This document shows positions 50,601 to 64,000 of a stretch of DNA of 64,000 nucleotides, one piece after another. Each line of letters opens with the position of its first letter. Position 1 is the stretch's first letter. The DNA is from Lama guanicoe (lineage: Eukaryota): contig MU053629.1 of NCBI GenBank assembly GCA_013239625.1, forward strand, positions 1,205,567 to 1,269,566, given 5' to 3'. Below the pieces are notes generated by a model. That model was given only the letters and a program-made list of their open reading frames with translations, did no database searches and was not told where the DNA came from. A program made the position numbers and the translations under genes.

Positions 50601-53389
50601 ATCCTGTGGAAAAAACAAAGTGCTCTACAAGGGGAAGGGATGACGGCTGTGATTTCTGGCATGAGCCACGCCGCCCCCAGCTCCACCGGCCTCTGAGGAC
50701 TGTCCACAGGTAGCGTGGTTCGCTGTCTTAGCGGCTTGCTGGACTCATCAGAGTGGGTTTTCAGCTCTTCATTTCTCTTCAGACAAGACAGATCAAATCA
50801 CACTCTCATCAAGCTGGACAGATGCCCCCAGCTGGGGTCTGGCGTGAGCCGTGACAATACCGTTCACATTCAAAGCTTGTCCCCTCGCTTCCCTGGTGCA
50901 CACCCCTCAGGGCTTCTGACAGCTCTGAAAAGTCGAAAAGCTTGCTTTTGATCCTGAACTGCAGTTTGCTCTCATGATGTGGGAGAGCGGTTGTTAGCTT
51001 GGCTAACTTGACATTTAAAAACATCCCGGTGTCTGTTTTATTAACTATATCCGACCAGGCAGTATAAGACAAATGAAGGAGAAGGTAAGGCTTTGAGCAT
51101 TACCTTAGGGGCCAGCTGGAGGAGAACAGAGAAAGCACCGTCATAGCAGCACGTACGAGGTGCCTCCTCCCGTAGACAGGGCCCGCATCCTAACGTGGTG
51201 CCTCACACTAACGCAGGGACCTGTGGTCACTATTTTTCCAAAGAATGAATCCCAGTGATTGGAATAATCCATTTTTATCTGACTTTTAAAATGAAAAATT
51301 AAGCGTTAGGCCCAGGTTTATCCATGCCCTGACTTTCCTCCCTACTCCAAAACAGGAGTTCTGCTAGATGCGTTGGTTTCATGATTTTTGTGTCTTCTCT
51401 TGGTGTTTCCCCTCTGCTCTTCTTTGGGCAAGCCCCCTCGTAACATCTGCAGAGACCCAAGGCAGGAATTTAAACAAGGGCTCCCTGGCCCACAGCTTCA
51501 TTTGCAGGCTCCCACCAGAGCCCCCTCGGCCACCTGTTGGGCCCACCTTTGGGAGGATGCGTCTCAGGAAGAGTTCATCAGAGGCCCTAGAAGAGGGCAT
51601 GGGGTCACTTTAGCCAAGGATTCCAGAGCCCCAGGTACCCAGAGCCTGATCTGGGAGGCCCTCCTTGTCCTTGGTGCCCCTGGCACCTGGTTCTCACTCC
51701 GTGGGGCAGGGAAGGGGGCCAGCCAGAGGAGAGCCTGAGCAAATGGTCCTGAAAGCAGAGGGTATAGGACAGGGACCTCAGCTGCCCCGATCTATGGGTA
51801 ATACTGCCTTTATGTTTAGTGCTGGGTGCCAAGGCCAGCCGTGTCAACTGGGAAGCCAGGAAGTGGCGGCTACCTTGGGCCCAGAGGACCAATAAGCACA
51901 TCCCTGGACCCAGTGAGAGACCTCAAAGCTGAACTCGGAGCGACTGGATGCCCTCTCCACCTGCAAATTCTACCTCTGATGCCATAACTTGTTCTACGTT
52001 TTGTTTTCAAGTTGGTTTTTTTAAGTCAGAAATGCCACAGTTCTTGCTTTACATTCACAAAGCAACATTCAGTTGGAAAATCTCAAAGCAACTTGGGGCA
52101 ATTTTACAAACAGACAAATCCTCTACAAGAGAGGCTTTCCAAGCTCAGAGGCTGGGGAGAGGGACAAATGGCCTTGAGGCTGGACGTCCCTGTTTTCAGC
52201 CTCCGGTGACAAGGCCTCACTCCCTGGGAAAGGCAGGGCAGTGTCTTCCATACAGAGGTGCCTGGTGAGCTCTGGGTTTGGAATACCTAAGACTTGAATG
52301 AACAAATCGGATCTGGGATTTATAAGGACCAGAATTTCCAAGAGAAGTTAAGCTCTTACGTTTTAGGAGAACCAGGGTGTAGACATGGCAGGAAGGCAAA
52401 ATTTTCTAGACGGAGCAGCCTCAACCTTCATGTCATCTGGGGAAACTGAGGACAGGGTTTCCAAAAGAGGGTGAGAACTCATTTATGTTTTCTGATTTCT
52501 CTAGTGAGGGCACCCAGTGTCCTTGTACCCAGGAGCCTGACAGCACCACCCAGAGCTACTTGGAGCAAAGGCAAATGTTCCTCCAAGTTGTGTGTTTTGA
52601 AATGTATTCAAATAGTGCATTCACTTCCATGAAAATCCTTATTTGCTCACTGGAGAACTCTAAGGATCTAAGTTCTTCGGGCAACAGGTGTGAGGCTGGG
52701 ACCGCTGAAGGGAGCTCAGAGGCAGGCAAGTGATCCAGATCCAAGTGTTTCTGACCAAGTGTTGTGATTCACTAATAATCTAAAAGGCTGACTTCAGTCA
52801 AGGCACACGGGGACAGTGATGGCTGACGGCTGACGTCAGCTTTCCATTTCTGAGCTGTAATTCTCTTGCTTGCCTCCAGCCTCAGTCAGGTCTAGTTCAC
52901 CTGCTGGCCTTGTGTGAGTAGTAACTTGGCATAAAGAGAGAGTTCACCTTTGTGGGAAAGTGGACCAGGGCAGCATCCCAGGGAAGGAGTTCCAGGGTGA
53001 CCAGTGGAGAGACGGCAGATCGTCACTTGGTAAACCAAAACTGTCCCTGGTACCCTGAGAACTGCTGGAGTGGGAGACAGCTATTGGGGCCAGGCGGGAA
53101 GGGAGTGAGAGTGTATCAAGGCTGCCAGGAGCATGTATGGTACCTCTATGCAAACTACAAAACAAGGTCCCCCCTGAGCAATGAATCACAAAAAGGCTGG
53201 TGCCAGCCCCACTCGTCCCCTTGCTTGTGTGCCTTTGTGTATTACACAGCTGCACTTAGAGAAACGGCGCTGGTTGGATGTTAAAGAGAAGGTGACCTTA
53301 GAAATAGGAGACCTTGTAAACACTTGGGTAGCAAAAATAACATTTCCCCCAAATCGTCCAGCGAAATTGGTGCTCTGGATGAGGAGTCA

Positions 53390-53567
53390 GTGAGCTGTGG
53401 TCCTCGAACTAGCTTCATGCCTCTTTTTGTAAATAGATTTTTATTGGAACACAGCCCCACTCGTTCGCTTAGAGGTTGTCCTGGCTGCTTTCATGCTCCA
53501 CCAAGCACATAGTGCGCAAAGCCTATTTACTGTCTGGTCTGTTATAGAAAGTGTTTGCTGAGCCCCG
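53390..53567. mobile_element. MER58-like hAT fragment
   Basis: tttttgtaaatagattttattggaacacagcc...tatttactgtctggtc...gtttgctgagcccc. Confidence 0.65.
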
Positions 53568-54317
53568 CTCTAGAGAGAGATGCCGTGTGTTTCCTGTGGT
53601 TTTTGCTCATCTATCGGCACACGGCTGAGTACCTTTAAAAAATAAATAGTCCAGTTTGAAAAGCTGGTCATCTATCATTGATTCTCAGAGTCAATAAAGG
53701 AGACACTAAATGCGCTGCTGGAGGACTGCGTCTCCCAGACCAAAGACTGATGACTAGGGAAAGGGTGAGGGAAAGTGTTTGCTATAGTGGGTTTTGCTAG
53801 GAAACCATTAACTTCTCGTCTTTTCCCTCTCACTCCCTGCCCCTCCCTCCATCCAAAAGTTACAAAGCCTTGAAATGGCTTCCACATCCACCCCGCCATT
53901 CTGTTCCCCATCACCAGCCAGGGCAGGCTTTAGCACGGCTCATCCCTGGACCATTTCCACAGCCTCCAAACTCATTTCACCGTCTCCGAGCTTCTTCCTC
54001 TCCCTGCCTTCACTGCCAAGTTAATTTCCTAACACGGCGCTACGGCTCCCTTCCTTTGATAACTGCTTTCTGCCTGTGGCAAGAATTTCAACCCTGTCAA
54101 GCTTCAGAATGCCCTGCAATTTTTAAATGCACAACCCCAACCCCCACAGCATCTGATTTTTGTAGAATTGGCCTTGGACCCAGCCTATGTATCTTTAAAA
54201 GCTTATAGCTGGGTCTGGATGCTCAGCCAAGTTTAACAACTACTAGCCTGCAGAAGATGGTCCAAACTCCTTAACCTGGCCTCAGCCCACTCCTCCCAAC
54301 TTGTTCCCAGCGCTTTT

Positions 54318-54555
54318 CATATATACATACATGCACATATGTAAAATCTTTTTAATGTATATGAGACAACAGAGCTTATACATATACACGTTGTGTCTAT
54401 ATATATATATACACACAAATATATATATTTACATTTGTACATATATATGAGTTTTTGTGTGTATGTATGAGGTGTATATATATTTATGTGTGTCTATATA
54501 TGAGGTATACTTTGATCACTGAGAGGTGGGAGATGATTATATATACATTGTATGA
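54318..54555. repeat. Degenerate (TA)/(CA)/(TG) low-complexity tract
   Basis: Direct reading of the sequence. Confidence 0.75.
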
Positions 54556-55239
54556 TCATCTTCTCTTTGCTCCTCTGTATCTCATAAATATGCTTGTCAA
54601 TGCATACATTATTTTCGAAAGAACATGTAAGAAAGCGGTAAAAATGGTTGCCTCAGAGAGGAGGAGTGGCTGGGGGACAAGGATGAGAGAGAGAATTTTC
54701 TGTTTTTCTTTTTGTACCCTTTGTATAATGAATGGCATAGATTAATTGGCTTTTTTTCTTTTAAGGTGAGTTTAAAATGTGTTAAAGGCAGTGCCTCAGA
54801 AAGACCAGGGGCCCCAAGGAGGACAAGGAGAGTACAGACTGACTAGTGTAAAACTGTCCTGATGACCAGATAACAGATGAGGGATGCGCGTCTTGGAAAG
54901 TGCCAGCACACTCTGGACCGAAGGCTAGTCAGGATGCACCACATTTCAGGGGGTGAACAAGGGCGTGCCTCCCTCCACTGTGGTGATGACATTAAGCCCC
55001 TCAGGATGGAGGACAGGCTCCCCCACAGCCCCCAGGAGAAGAAAAGGAGGGGAAAATATCGGGCTATCTGAACTTAAAACGGAAACAACCAAGAAGCACT
55101 CTCAAACATCTGAATTTGCCTGGAATCAACTATTTTCTTAGTTATTATTGTTTGTGTTTAACCACGAGGCAAAATGGAAGCTCAAGATAGTGTTTACAGA
55201 AAAATAACTTAGATTTTCTTGTTTAGATACCCAAGGTTG

Positions 55240-55896
55240 TGTTGCCGGTGGATCCAACCGGTGTTCCAGGTTCTTGTCCCGTCCCAGAAAGAATTCAGAG
55301 ACAAGATGTAAAGTTTAAAAAAAGTGAAGTGAGGATTTATTAAAGGATGGATAGTGCACTCTCAGGGGAAGAGCGGGCAGGCTCAGGTGAGAGGCTGCCC
55401 TGAGTTTCTTTGGCAAGTGAGTTACACAGGGTGTAAAAATGAATGGGCGGAATATTCACTGGGGAGGGAAGGGTTTGGGGTCGTATTTCCTGATTATCAT
55501 CCAACTCCACCTTCCCGAAGGGAGGAGGGATTTTTGTCCTTATTTAGTCTGGACCGGAAGTGTCATGGTGTCGGTGCATAATGGGTACTTCTGATCTGCA
55601 AGGCTAATTTTATTGAAATGAGGGCATAATGAGCAAAAGGTTACATTCGGACACTGGAAATTCCTGCCTTTTCTCAGCTTTCTTTGTTCGTCTCCAGGCC
55701 ACTCATCACCCCAAAAGGTGTGATCCCTTATCAGCCCAAAAGTTCCTGTTTTCTTTCTCTGCCCAGGGACCCCTGGTGCTTAAATGATGTGTGGTTTCCT
55801 GCATTTGGCCTGTGCCCCTCCTTTCTGCCCAATTCCTGCCATGTGGTCTGTGTTCCCCTTTCTCTGCTCACATGTAGCTCTCTGCCTGCTCTAACA
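55240..55896 (-). mobile_element. ERV solo LTR (657 bp), relatively young
   Basis: TGTT...AACA termini, 4-bp TSD gttg/gtcg, and minus-strand AATAAA at 55341-55336. Confidence 0.8.
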
Positions 55897-56619
55897 GTCG
55901 TAGCCTGGGAAATATGATACCCACACCTGTGTTACCGACTTCGTCCTCTCAACCACCCCTGCCAGGTTCGTATCATTCTCCTTTTGGAGATGGGAAAACC
56001 AGACCTTAGAGAAGTTAAATGACTTAATCAAGATCATACAATTTCTCAGTGTTAGAGCTGGGATTTGAACCTAGACCCCAAAGCTGTTGCTCTCGTCAGG
56101 GCTCCACATTCCCTTTTGAAGTGAGGTTCACACATCTGCCAACTAAGAGGCTGGTTGGCTTTTACGGACCACATTATGCTCTTGGGCTGAGGTAGGAGAG
56201 ACAGAAACAGGGGAGGAATGGGAGAAATGAAAGGAAAGAAGTGAACCTCCACTCCCACGCATCTCTGTTTTCCTTCTTGGAGAAGAGTTTCTTGTCTGAC
56301 TGATTCTCTCTCCCTTCAGTAAGATTTGATCTGTGTGTCTCTTGCTGGCAAACCAGTGTTTTAGGACCTGATTTGAGAAGGCTTGAGTTGACAGGATAGG
56401 CCATGGTTTTATGCAACAAGATGTCTGTTATTGCCAGAGTGTCCCCCCAAAGGACAGTGATGGTCTGTGTGTGTGCCTTGATGTAATTTCCACAGGGAGC
56501 CAGAAGCTGCCGACTGATCCAAGCTGTTAGGGACTACTTATTGTATGAGTGAGTGAGTGGATGGATGGATAGATGGATGAATTATGAATGATGAGTGGCG
56601 GATGAATGGATAGGATAAC

Positions 56620-56797
56620 NNNNNNNNNNNNNNNNNNNNNNNNNNNNNNNNNNNNNNNNNNNNNNNNNNNNNNNNNNNNNNNNNNNNNNNNNNNNNNNNN
56701 NNNNNNNNNNNNNNNNNNNNNNNNNNNNNNNNNNNNNNNNNNNNNNNNNNNNNNNNNNNNNNNNNNNNNNNNNNNNNNNNNNNNNNNNNNNNNNNNN
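56620..56797. other. Assembly gap (178 N), preceded by a (GGAT)n-like repeat
   Basis: N run. Confidence 1.
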
Positions 56798-56923
56798 AGA
56801 GCAACAGCCTGAGGCAAAAAAGGTAAAGCTTGTTTACACAAAAATAAAAGGGATGACTGAGACTGGAAATCTTCTGACCTGGTTATGGTTGGTAATAAGA
56901 GAGCTTCGTGCTTATCATATCAA

Positions 56924-57204
56924 NNNNNNNNNNNNNNNNNNNNNNNNNNNNNNNNNNNNNNNNNNNNNNNNNNNNNNNNNNNNNNNNNNNNNNNNNNNNN
57001 NNNNNNNNNNNNNNNNNNNNNNNNNNNNNNNNNNNNNNNNNNNNNNNNNNNNNNNNNNNNNNNNNNNNNNNNNNNNNNNNNNNNNNNNNNNNNNNNNNNN
57101 NNNNNNNNNNNNNNNNNNNNNNNNNNNNNNNNNNNNNNNNNNNNNNNNNNNNNNNNNNNNNNNNNNNNNNNNNNNNNNNNNNNNNNNNNNNNNNNNNNNN
57201 NNNN
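56924..57204. other. Assembly gap (281 N)
   Basis: N run. Confidence 1.
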
Positions 57205-57209
57205 TCTTG

Positions 57210-60200
57210 GTACATTTTCCATTCTTGTCCTGGCCCTTTTTGGATTAACTGAGTATTTTTCATGATTCCATTTTTATCTCCGTTGTTGACTTATTCGCTG
57301 TAACTCTTTGTTGTGCAGCCTTCGTGTTGACTTTAGCGCTTGTGGTATATACATCTTTAACTCATCATGGTTCACCTTCAAGTGATATTCATGTAACATA
57401 CGAGAATATATTTCTGTTTCTCCCCTTCTGATCTTTGTGTTGTTATTGGCACACATTTACTTCTACATAATGACATTGTTATTAGTTTTGCTTTGAACAA
57501 TTATTTTTTTAAGAGATTTAGCTAAGAAGAAAAGGGTCTTTAAATGACCTATGTAGCTGTCATTTCTCTATTCCTTTGTGTAAATGCAGGTTTCCCTTTG
57601 TTGTCATTTTCCCTCTACTTGTCAGACTGCCAGTAACATTCCTTGTAGAGTAAGTCTGCGGGTGATGAATGCTTTCAGCTTTTGTATGTCGGAAGAAGTA
57701 TTTCACCTGTCTTTCTTTCTTTTTTCTTTTATCTTTTTATTTTGTTAGTTTACAGGAGCATCAAATTTATAATAACATTGAATTTAAAATAGTATGCAAA
57801 ATGTGAACTGCTTATAGAGCAAGTTGACAATATCACCCATCTTTCTTTTTTACCTGTTAAATTTTTTTTTAAGATGTTGATTTTTTTAGATCAGATTTAG
57901 GTGCACATCAAAATTGAGAGGAAGGTACAGAGAGTCCCCATTAACTCCCTGCCCAGACACATGCATAGCCTCCCCCATTATCAATGCTCCCCACCAAATG
58001 GTACATTTGTTGCAACTGATGAACCTACATTGACACATCGTAATTACCCAAAGCCCACAGTTTACTCTAGGGTTCATTCATGGCGCTGTACATTGGATGG
58101 GTTTGGACAAGTGTGTAATGACATGTAGCCACCATTATGGTCTCATACAAGTATCCTCACCGCCCTTAAAGTCCTCTGGACTCTGCCTGTTCATCCTTCC
58201 CCATCCCTCACCCCCAACTTCTGGCAATCACTGATATTTTTGCCATCTCCATAGTTTTGCTTTTTCTAGAATGTCATATGGTTGGAATCATACAGCCTTT
58301 TCAGACTGGCTTCTTTCAGTTAATAATATCCATGTCTTTTAATGGCTCGATAGCATATTTCGTTTTAGCACTCAATAATACACTGTTGTCTGGACGTAAC
58401 ACAGTTTATCCATTCACCTATTGCAGGACATCCTGGTTGCTTCCAAGTTCTGGCCATTATGAATAAAGCTGTATAAATATCCACATGCAAGTTTTTATGG
58501 ATGTAAGTTTTTGACTCCTTTGGGTGAATACCAAGAAGTGTGATTGCTGGAGAGTTTAGTAAGAGTATGTTTCGTTTTGTAAGAAACTGCCAAATTGTCT
58601 TCCAAAGTGGCTGTACCATTTTACATCCCCACTAGCCTTAAATCAGAGTTCCTGCTGCTCCACATTCTCACCAGCATTTGGTGTCATCAATGTTCCAGAT
58701 TTTGACCATTCTAAAGATGCACAGAGATATCTCATTGTTTCCATTTGCATTTCCCTGATGGCATATAGTGTGGAACATCTTTTCATATGCTTATTTGTCA
58801 TCTGTATGTCTTCTTCAGTGAGGTGCCTGTTAAGGTGTCTGTGGGCCCACTTTTTTATTGGATTGTTTGTTTTCATATCGTTGAGTTTTAAGAGTATTTT
58901 TGTATATTTTGGACGACAGTCCTTTATCAGTTGTGTCTTTTGCAAATAGTTTCTCCAGCTGCTCGTCTTTTCATTCTCTTGACCATCTTCATTTTAAAAG
59001 GATATTTTCATTGGGTATAGGAGTCTAGTATTTTTTTTTCCTTTCAGTACTTTAAAGATGTCATTCTTCTGTCTTCTAGCTTGCTTTGTTTCTGACAAGA
59101 AATCTGTCATCTTTATTTTTGTTTTTCTGTCATATTATGTATTTCTTTCTCAGATGCTTTTGATTTTCTCTTTATCGCTAGCTTGAAAGCAGTTTGATAT
59201 GTTATGTCTTGGTGATATTTTCTTCATGTTTTTGTCTACTGAGCTTCCTTGGATCTATGGGTTTATAGCTGTCATCAAATTTAGAACAGTTTTTGGCCAT
59301 TATTTCCTCGAATATTATTTTTGGCTCCCCGGCACCCATTTCGGGGACTTCAAACTCTAAGTGACACATATGTTAGTTATCTCACAGTTCAGTGATGCTC
59401 TAATTTTTTTTAGTCTTTTTTCTAAGTTCCATTTTGGATGGTTTCAATTGCTGTATCTTCAAGTTCACTCTTCTGCTGCAATCTATAATCTACTATTAAC
59501 ATTAGCGAGTGCATTTTTCCTCTTCAACATCATAGTTTTCATCCCTAAAAGTTCAATTTAGGTCTATTTATGTCTTGTCTCTATCATTTCAGTCTTTTCT
59601 CTTGGTTTCTTAGCATATGGAATATAGTCATGATAACTTTTAAAATATTATTGTAATGTGAATTCTATTGTCTGTATGCCTTCTGGGTCAGCTTTGACTG
59701 ATTGATTTTTCTCCTCATTCTGAATTGTCTTTTCTTGTTTTTTTGCCTGCCTGCTGCTTCTTGTTTGGATGCCAAACATTGTGAATTTGACCTTGCTGGA
59801 TGTTGAATATTTTTGTATTCAATATAAATATTCTTGAGCTTTGTGCTGGAATGCAGTTCAGTTACTTGGAAATAGTTTTGTTGTGGAGCAAAACTTATCA
59901 CCCCAAAATGTCTCTTTGGCATGCAGATTATTTTAAGCCGAAAACAGTCATGGCCAAAAGACTCAGGAAGAAATTTTGGCACCCCCAACTCCTTAACTCC
60001 CTAAACATTTTTAGGTAAAGAGCCTGTTCCTGGAAGAGAGCTCTTCCCAGAGATCGCTGCAAAGTTACAGGCTAGAGAGGGTGGGGGAACTCTAGGCAGG
60101 GCCTAAAGATCACAGTTCCACTGTCTCTGCACGGTTTTCCAAACAGTTGCTTTTCTTTTCTTTTTTTTAATTGAAGTACAGTCAGTTACAGTGTGTCGAT

Positions 60201-61070
60201 TTCTGGTGTGCAGCACAAGGTCCCAAACTGTTGCTTTTCCATCTCCGTGTCAGTTGCCTTCCTTCCCTTTGAAGTCCCAAACCACTACTCCCAGCGCCCT
60301 CTTTCGTCTTTCGTTGAAGACGGTATTTAAGGTGAGGCCATTTTGGCAAGTGACTCCTTTTTGCTGAGTCTCTCCCATCTTTATATGTTATTAAACTTTT
60401 GTTTTATTTTCTCCTGTTAACCCATCTCTAATTTTTAGACCAACCAGAAGAACCTAGAAGAGTAGAGGAAAATGTCTTCCTCCCCAACAATTTGGTAATT
60501 TCAGGTCTTATTTTTAAATTTTGTTAGGCCAGATCAGAGCTGCATTTAATTTTTCCCCCAAGGCAAGACCCTCCTTGGTCCTCTAGTAAGTGCCTCCTGA
60601 ATTATGAGGTTTTCCTCTCTGGCTGCTGGGAACAAGTGTTATTTTTGGCCCTAAGAGCTCTGAGCACTATTCCCTTACATCCTTTTGGGTGGTTCTTTGG
60701 TCTCAGCAAGAGTCTTCATGTGCATGGGCTGGTCAGTACTCAGATGCGTACTCAAGGGGGACCCGCTGCAGATCTGCAGAGTTCCCTCCGTGCACAGCTC
60801 TCTCCTCTGCTGCTCTGCCCTGCGAGCTCTAGCTGCCTTGGCTTCTCTGCACCCCATCTCTGTTCACTCAATGCAGGGAGTCTCCTGGGCTCTGCCTGGG
60901 TTCCCCTCTATATGCCACAGACGGAAAACTTTCTCCAGGCAGTGAGTTAGGTAATTGGAGGGCTCACCTCATGTGTTGCCATTGATTCAAATATTTTGTC
61001 CAATTTTTCAGTTGGTTTTCAGTTATGGGAGGATAAATTCAATCATTGTTACTCCATCTTGAATAGAAGC
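57210..61070 (-). mobile_element. Old L1 block with nested younger L1 (~57880-58985) and LTR
   Basis: Antisense L1 text throughout; ORF2 peptide VQPLWKTIWQFLTK...PAITLLGIHPKE at 58365-58619. Boundaries approximate. Confidence 0.75.
59879..60489 (+). mobile_element. ERV1-class solo LTR inserted in L1
   Basis: TGTTG...CAACA termini, flanks gttt/attt, TATA-like tatttaa (~60324) and ATTAAA (~60390). Confidence 0.75.
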
Positions 61071-62084
61071 AAAAGTCCTTTAAGTGATGTCAGACGTCGC
61101 TTTGCACTGACGGGAGTCCCAGACCTTCCTATATGGACGTCCATGGCTGTGAATCCTCAAAGCAGCCTACCAGCTCTATCCCCTTAGGCACTCAAGTACA
61201 GACCCACTTGAGCTGAGCACTTTTTAGATGCAAATGTTCCAGCACCCTCAAATTGACAGCCAAACTGTCAAACTGTTTGTTGTGTCTGGGACAACAACAA
61301 AAAGAGGTGTGAAAATTCAGTTGATGTTGAACAAGACAGAGCTATTCCTGGAAGACCACTCTGGTCTTTCGTTTTGCGGGAGTAACCTGGAATTGACACT
61401 ATAAAAGCCATCAGTGGTGAATCTCTAGACCCCTAGGAGCATAATTTCCCGCACTTCTGATATCTGAATGTGCAGCCCACAGGCTGGTCCCCTCTGTTAG
61501 GCCGTGTCTCTCACTCTATTCTATTGGCAGCGACCAAGGAGATTGATGGATGTTTTACTCTGATATTCCAGTGGCCCCCTAACTAGACTCCTTTTCTAGA
61601 AGTGACACTCAATGTGAGGTCCAGGGAGCAGCAGCCGTATCTGGAAGCTTACAAAGGCAGAATTTCAGGACCCAGCCTAGACTAACCACATCAGAATCTG
61701 CAATGTAACAAGATCCTCAGGGGCTTTGTATGCACATTAAAGTTTGAGAAGCTCTGCTCTAGGGGAAGGAATCTGAGGGACCATCTGTGACACAGTCCAT
61801 TAGGCACAAAACTTTTTCAGTTTGAAGATGTCTCCCCAGTCTAGCCCTACCCTCAATCTTGACCTCAGTTCCGGGGCCTTGGTCCAACCCCTGGTAAAGT
61901 TGAAGACCTGTCACCCTGTCTTCCAAGAACTATAACCCAGGAACTCTGTCTCTTAAAACTCCCACAACATGTGCAGAAAGAGACTTGTACAGGAAGGTCC
62001 GTTGCGACATTGTTTGCAGTAACAAAAGATTGGAAACTGGGATGTTTGTTAACAGGAGAATGGATGCTACCCTGAGATCCATTC

Positions 62085-62945
62085 ATTGTCTTAGTTTGAG
62101 TTGCCCCAGAAGCAGACCCTGAGACAAGACACAAGGATAAGTAGTTTGTGTGGGAGGTGATCTCAAGTGTGTGACAGAGGAAGCAGTCAATAAAAGGTTG
62201 CCCTCTGGTGTACACGGGCATGCTGCCCAGAGCCCCTTTCAAGGGAGGCCTTCCTGCCCAGCTGCTGGGGTGGGTCGGGGTCAGCAGATGGCCTCCAGCT
62301 GCCAGCTCCTTCCGGGTCTGCCTCAGCTGCTGAGAATAGCCTTGCCCAAGGTTACTCCCTTCCCTGGGCAGCCGAGGACTGAGAGAGGGACAGGAATTGA
62401 GAGTTGACCATTTGGGGGCCACCATGGGACGCTCTGAAGGCCGCTCCTCGCTCCAAAGCCCCTGCAGGTTGGTTGAGGTTCCATCAGGTCTGCATCACAG
62501 GTCTGCTTTTCCCCCTGCCCGATCCTGTATCCTCCCCCTTCCTTTTGTGGGTGTTGATGCCTGATAAACACCTCGTGCTCCAAACTCTGGTTCAGCATCA
62601 ACTGCTGGAGGCAATGGCCTGAGATGATTATCAGGCAGGTCACCACCTAGGCTGTCACCACCCAGAGCCGAATCCCGCCTGGCAACTCCAGGAGCCTCAG
62701 AGTTGTCCTGCCTGAGGAGCGAGGGAGGAGGGAAATTTATCCACCAATTCCCCTCAGGCACAGGTGAGGGCTGCTCCTGGGGGCTGTGGAATCCTTGCCC
62801 TCTGCGCCTCCTCCGGTGGCAGGAGAGCCCCAGCATCCAGAGAAAACCCTCAGGCGATGATGTGGGGTGATGGCAGCAGGGGGCCAGGCCTGTGGCCAGG
62901 GAAATGGGGGGCACAGAGAGGATGTAGGCCGGCAAGACCCCAACA
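62085..62945. mobile_element. Cluster of ERVL LTR16/LTR33-like fragments interrupting an old L1
   Basis: ccccagaagcagaccctgagacaag...gtagtttgtgtgggaggtgatc (reverse) and ctgataaacacctcgtgctccaaactc (forward). L1 text stops at ~62070 and resumes at ~62956. Confidence 0.55.
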
Positions 62946-64000
62946 GGGATGCTGCATTCACATACAGGGATATTAAACAGCAGTGAAAATGAATAAACTG
63001 TTTGTATGTGGATAAACCTCACAAAAGTAACATTGAATGAAGCAAGCAAGTTGCAGAAATTTATAGAAAAGTTTAAAACATGCAAAACAAGAGCAAATAT
63101 TTTTTGAGAGCTGTATATACATAGTAAAAGTATAAAAATATGACGAACAGCAAATTCAGGAGTTGTGACTGCGGGCAGGGAGGGAAGGAGAGATGGAGTT
63201 AGGCAGGTGCACACAGGAGGTCTTAAAATAAAACGGTATTTTTCGTGTTTTGTTTTTATGCTGGATAGTACGCACTTGTGTGATCATTGCATTATAGTCT
63301 AAACTTTTTGTATGTCTGAAAACTTTTCAAATTAAAAAATGTGAATAACCAAAGTAAAATCTAATTTAAAGACTCCAAAAGATCTGAAAGAAACAGGTAC
63401 TGGCTACTGTGAAGGAAATGCCTTGTTTTGCTTTGTTTATAACCAAAAACAGCATTAAGGATGTTTTTAAATATATTTAAAAATGCATCCATGAAAAAGG
63501 TACAAGAATATGCTATAGGAACTATCACATCGGAGAGTAGAAATACTTTCAACTTCACGCCTTCTTTATTGTTTGAACTTTTTTTAACAGGAGCAGAAAT
63601 TGCTTTTTTAAAAAAAAAATAAAAGCACACACAAAAAATAAAATTCCACCAGCCTAACACCACTATTTTCATTCTTATTGATTCCTTTCCACATTTTGCT
63701 CACACGCGTGTATATGTTGTGCTCAGTTGTAATCATATTAAGCATGTATTTTATACTCTACTTTTTAGACTTAATCATACACGATAATGTCCATGAATAC
63801 GTCTCTGTTTCTATATGAACTAAATAGTCCTCATTTTAATGGATACACAATGTGCAGTCATGTTGATGCATGGTGGTTAACAAGTAGTTCCTTTTGGACA
63901 TTGATGTTGCTTTGCTTTCAAACTTTAGACATTGAAATAACTTTATGGTAAATATACTCATGGAGGTTTTTATGTTAAATATAACCTTAGCAGAATCCCA

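Noticed and set aside
56527..57265. ORFs containing X runs
   Set aside because: Artefacts of N gaps.
62495..63214. 239-aa minus-strand ORF (and the 186-aa ORF at 61865-62425)
   Set aside because: They span LTR and L1 fragments, so they are chance open frames.
1..64000. CRISPR arrays, operons or prokaryotic/phage-type systems
   Set aside because: The sequence is a mammalian intron and intergenic landscape, with no regularly spaced repeat array or dense gene cluster.

Overview
Mammalian genomic DNA, probably camelid (alpaca or camel): the young SINEs are short tRNA-Ala-like elements of the Vic-1 type, and I saw no Alu, Bov-tA or PRE-1 elements. The window holds the 5' end of carbonic anhydrase 12 (CA12) on the minus strand. 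This includes a CpG-island promoter (~24.3-24.9 kb), coding exon 1 (24466-24382, signal peptide), a 7.6-kb intron 1, a 21-nt microexon 2 (16804-16784) and the first ~16.8 kb of intron 2. Exon 3 onward lies beyond position 1. The ~39 kb upstream of the gene is repeat-rich intergenic DNA (L1, L2/MIR, DNA transposons, ERV/MaLR LTRs, SINEs) with two assembly gaps. I found no convincing previously undescribed biological system. The most notable observations are the splice-assembled N-G-S sequon and Trp/Tyr motif on the microexon, a MULE (Ricksha-like) fossil with readable transposase and TIRs in intron 1, candidate ERE/ARE/HRE/STAT enhancers, signals for a divergent spliced lncRNA, and several nested transposon insertions with visible target-site duplications (TSDs). 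Repeat family names are recalled from consensus sequences, not from a search, and many old L2/MIR/L1 fragments are not listed.
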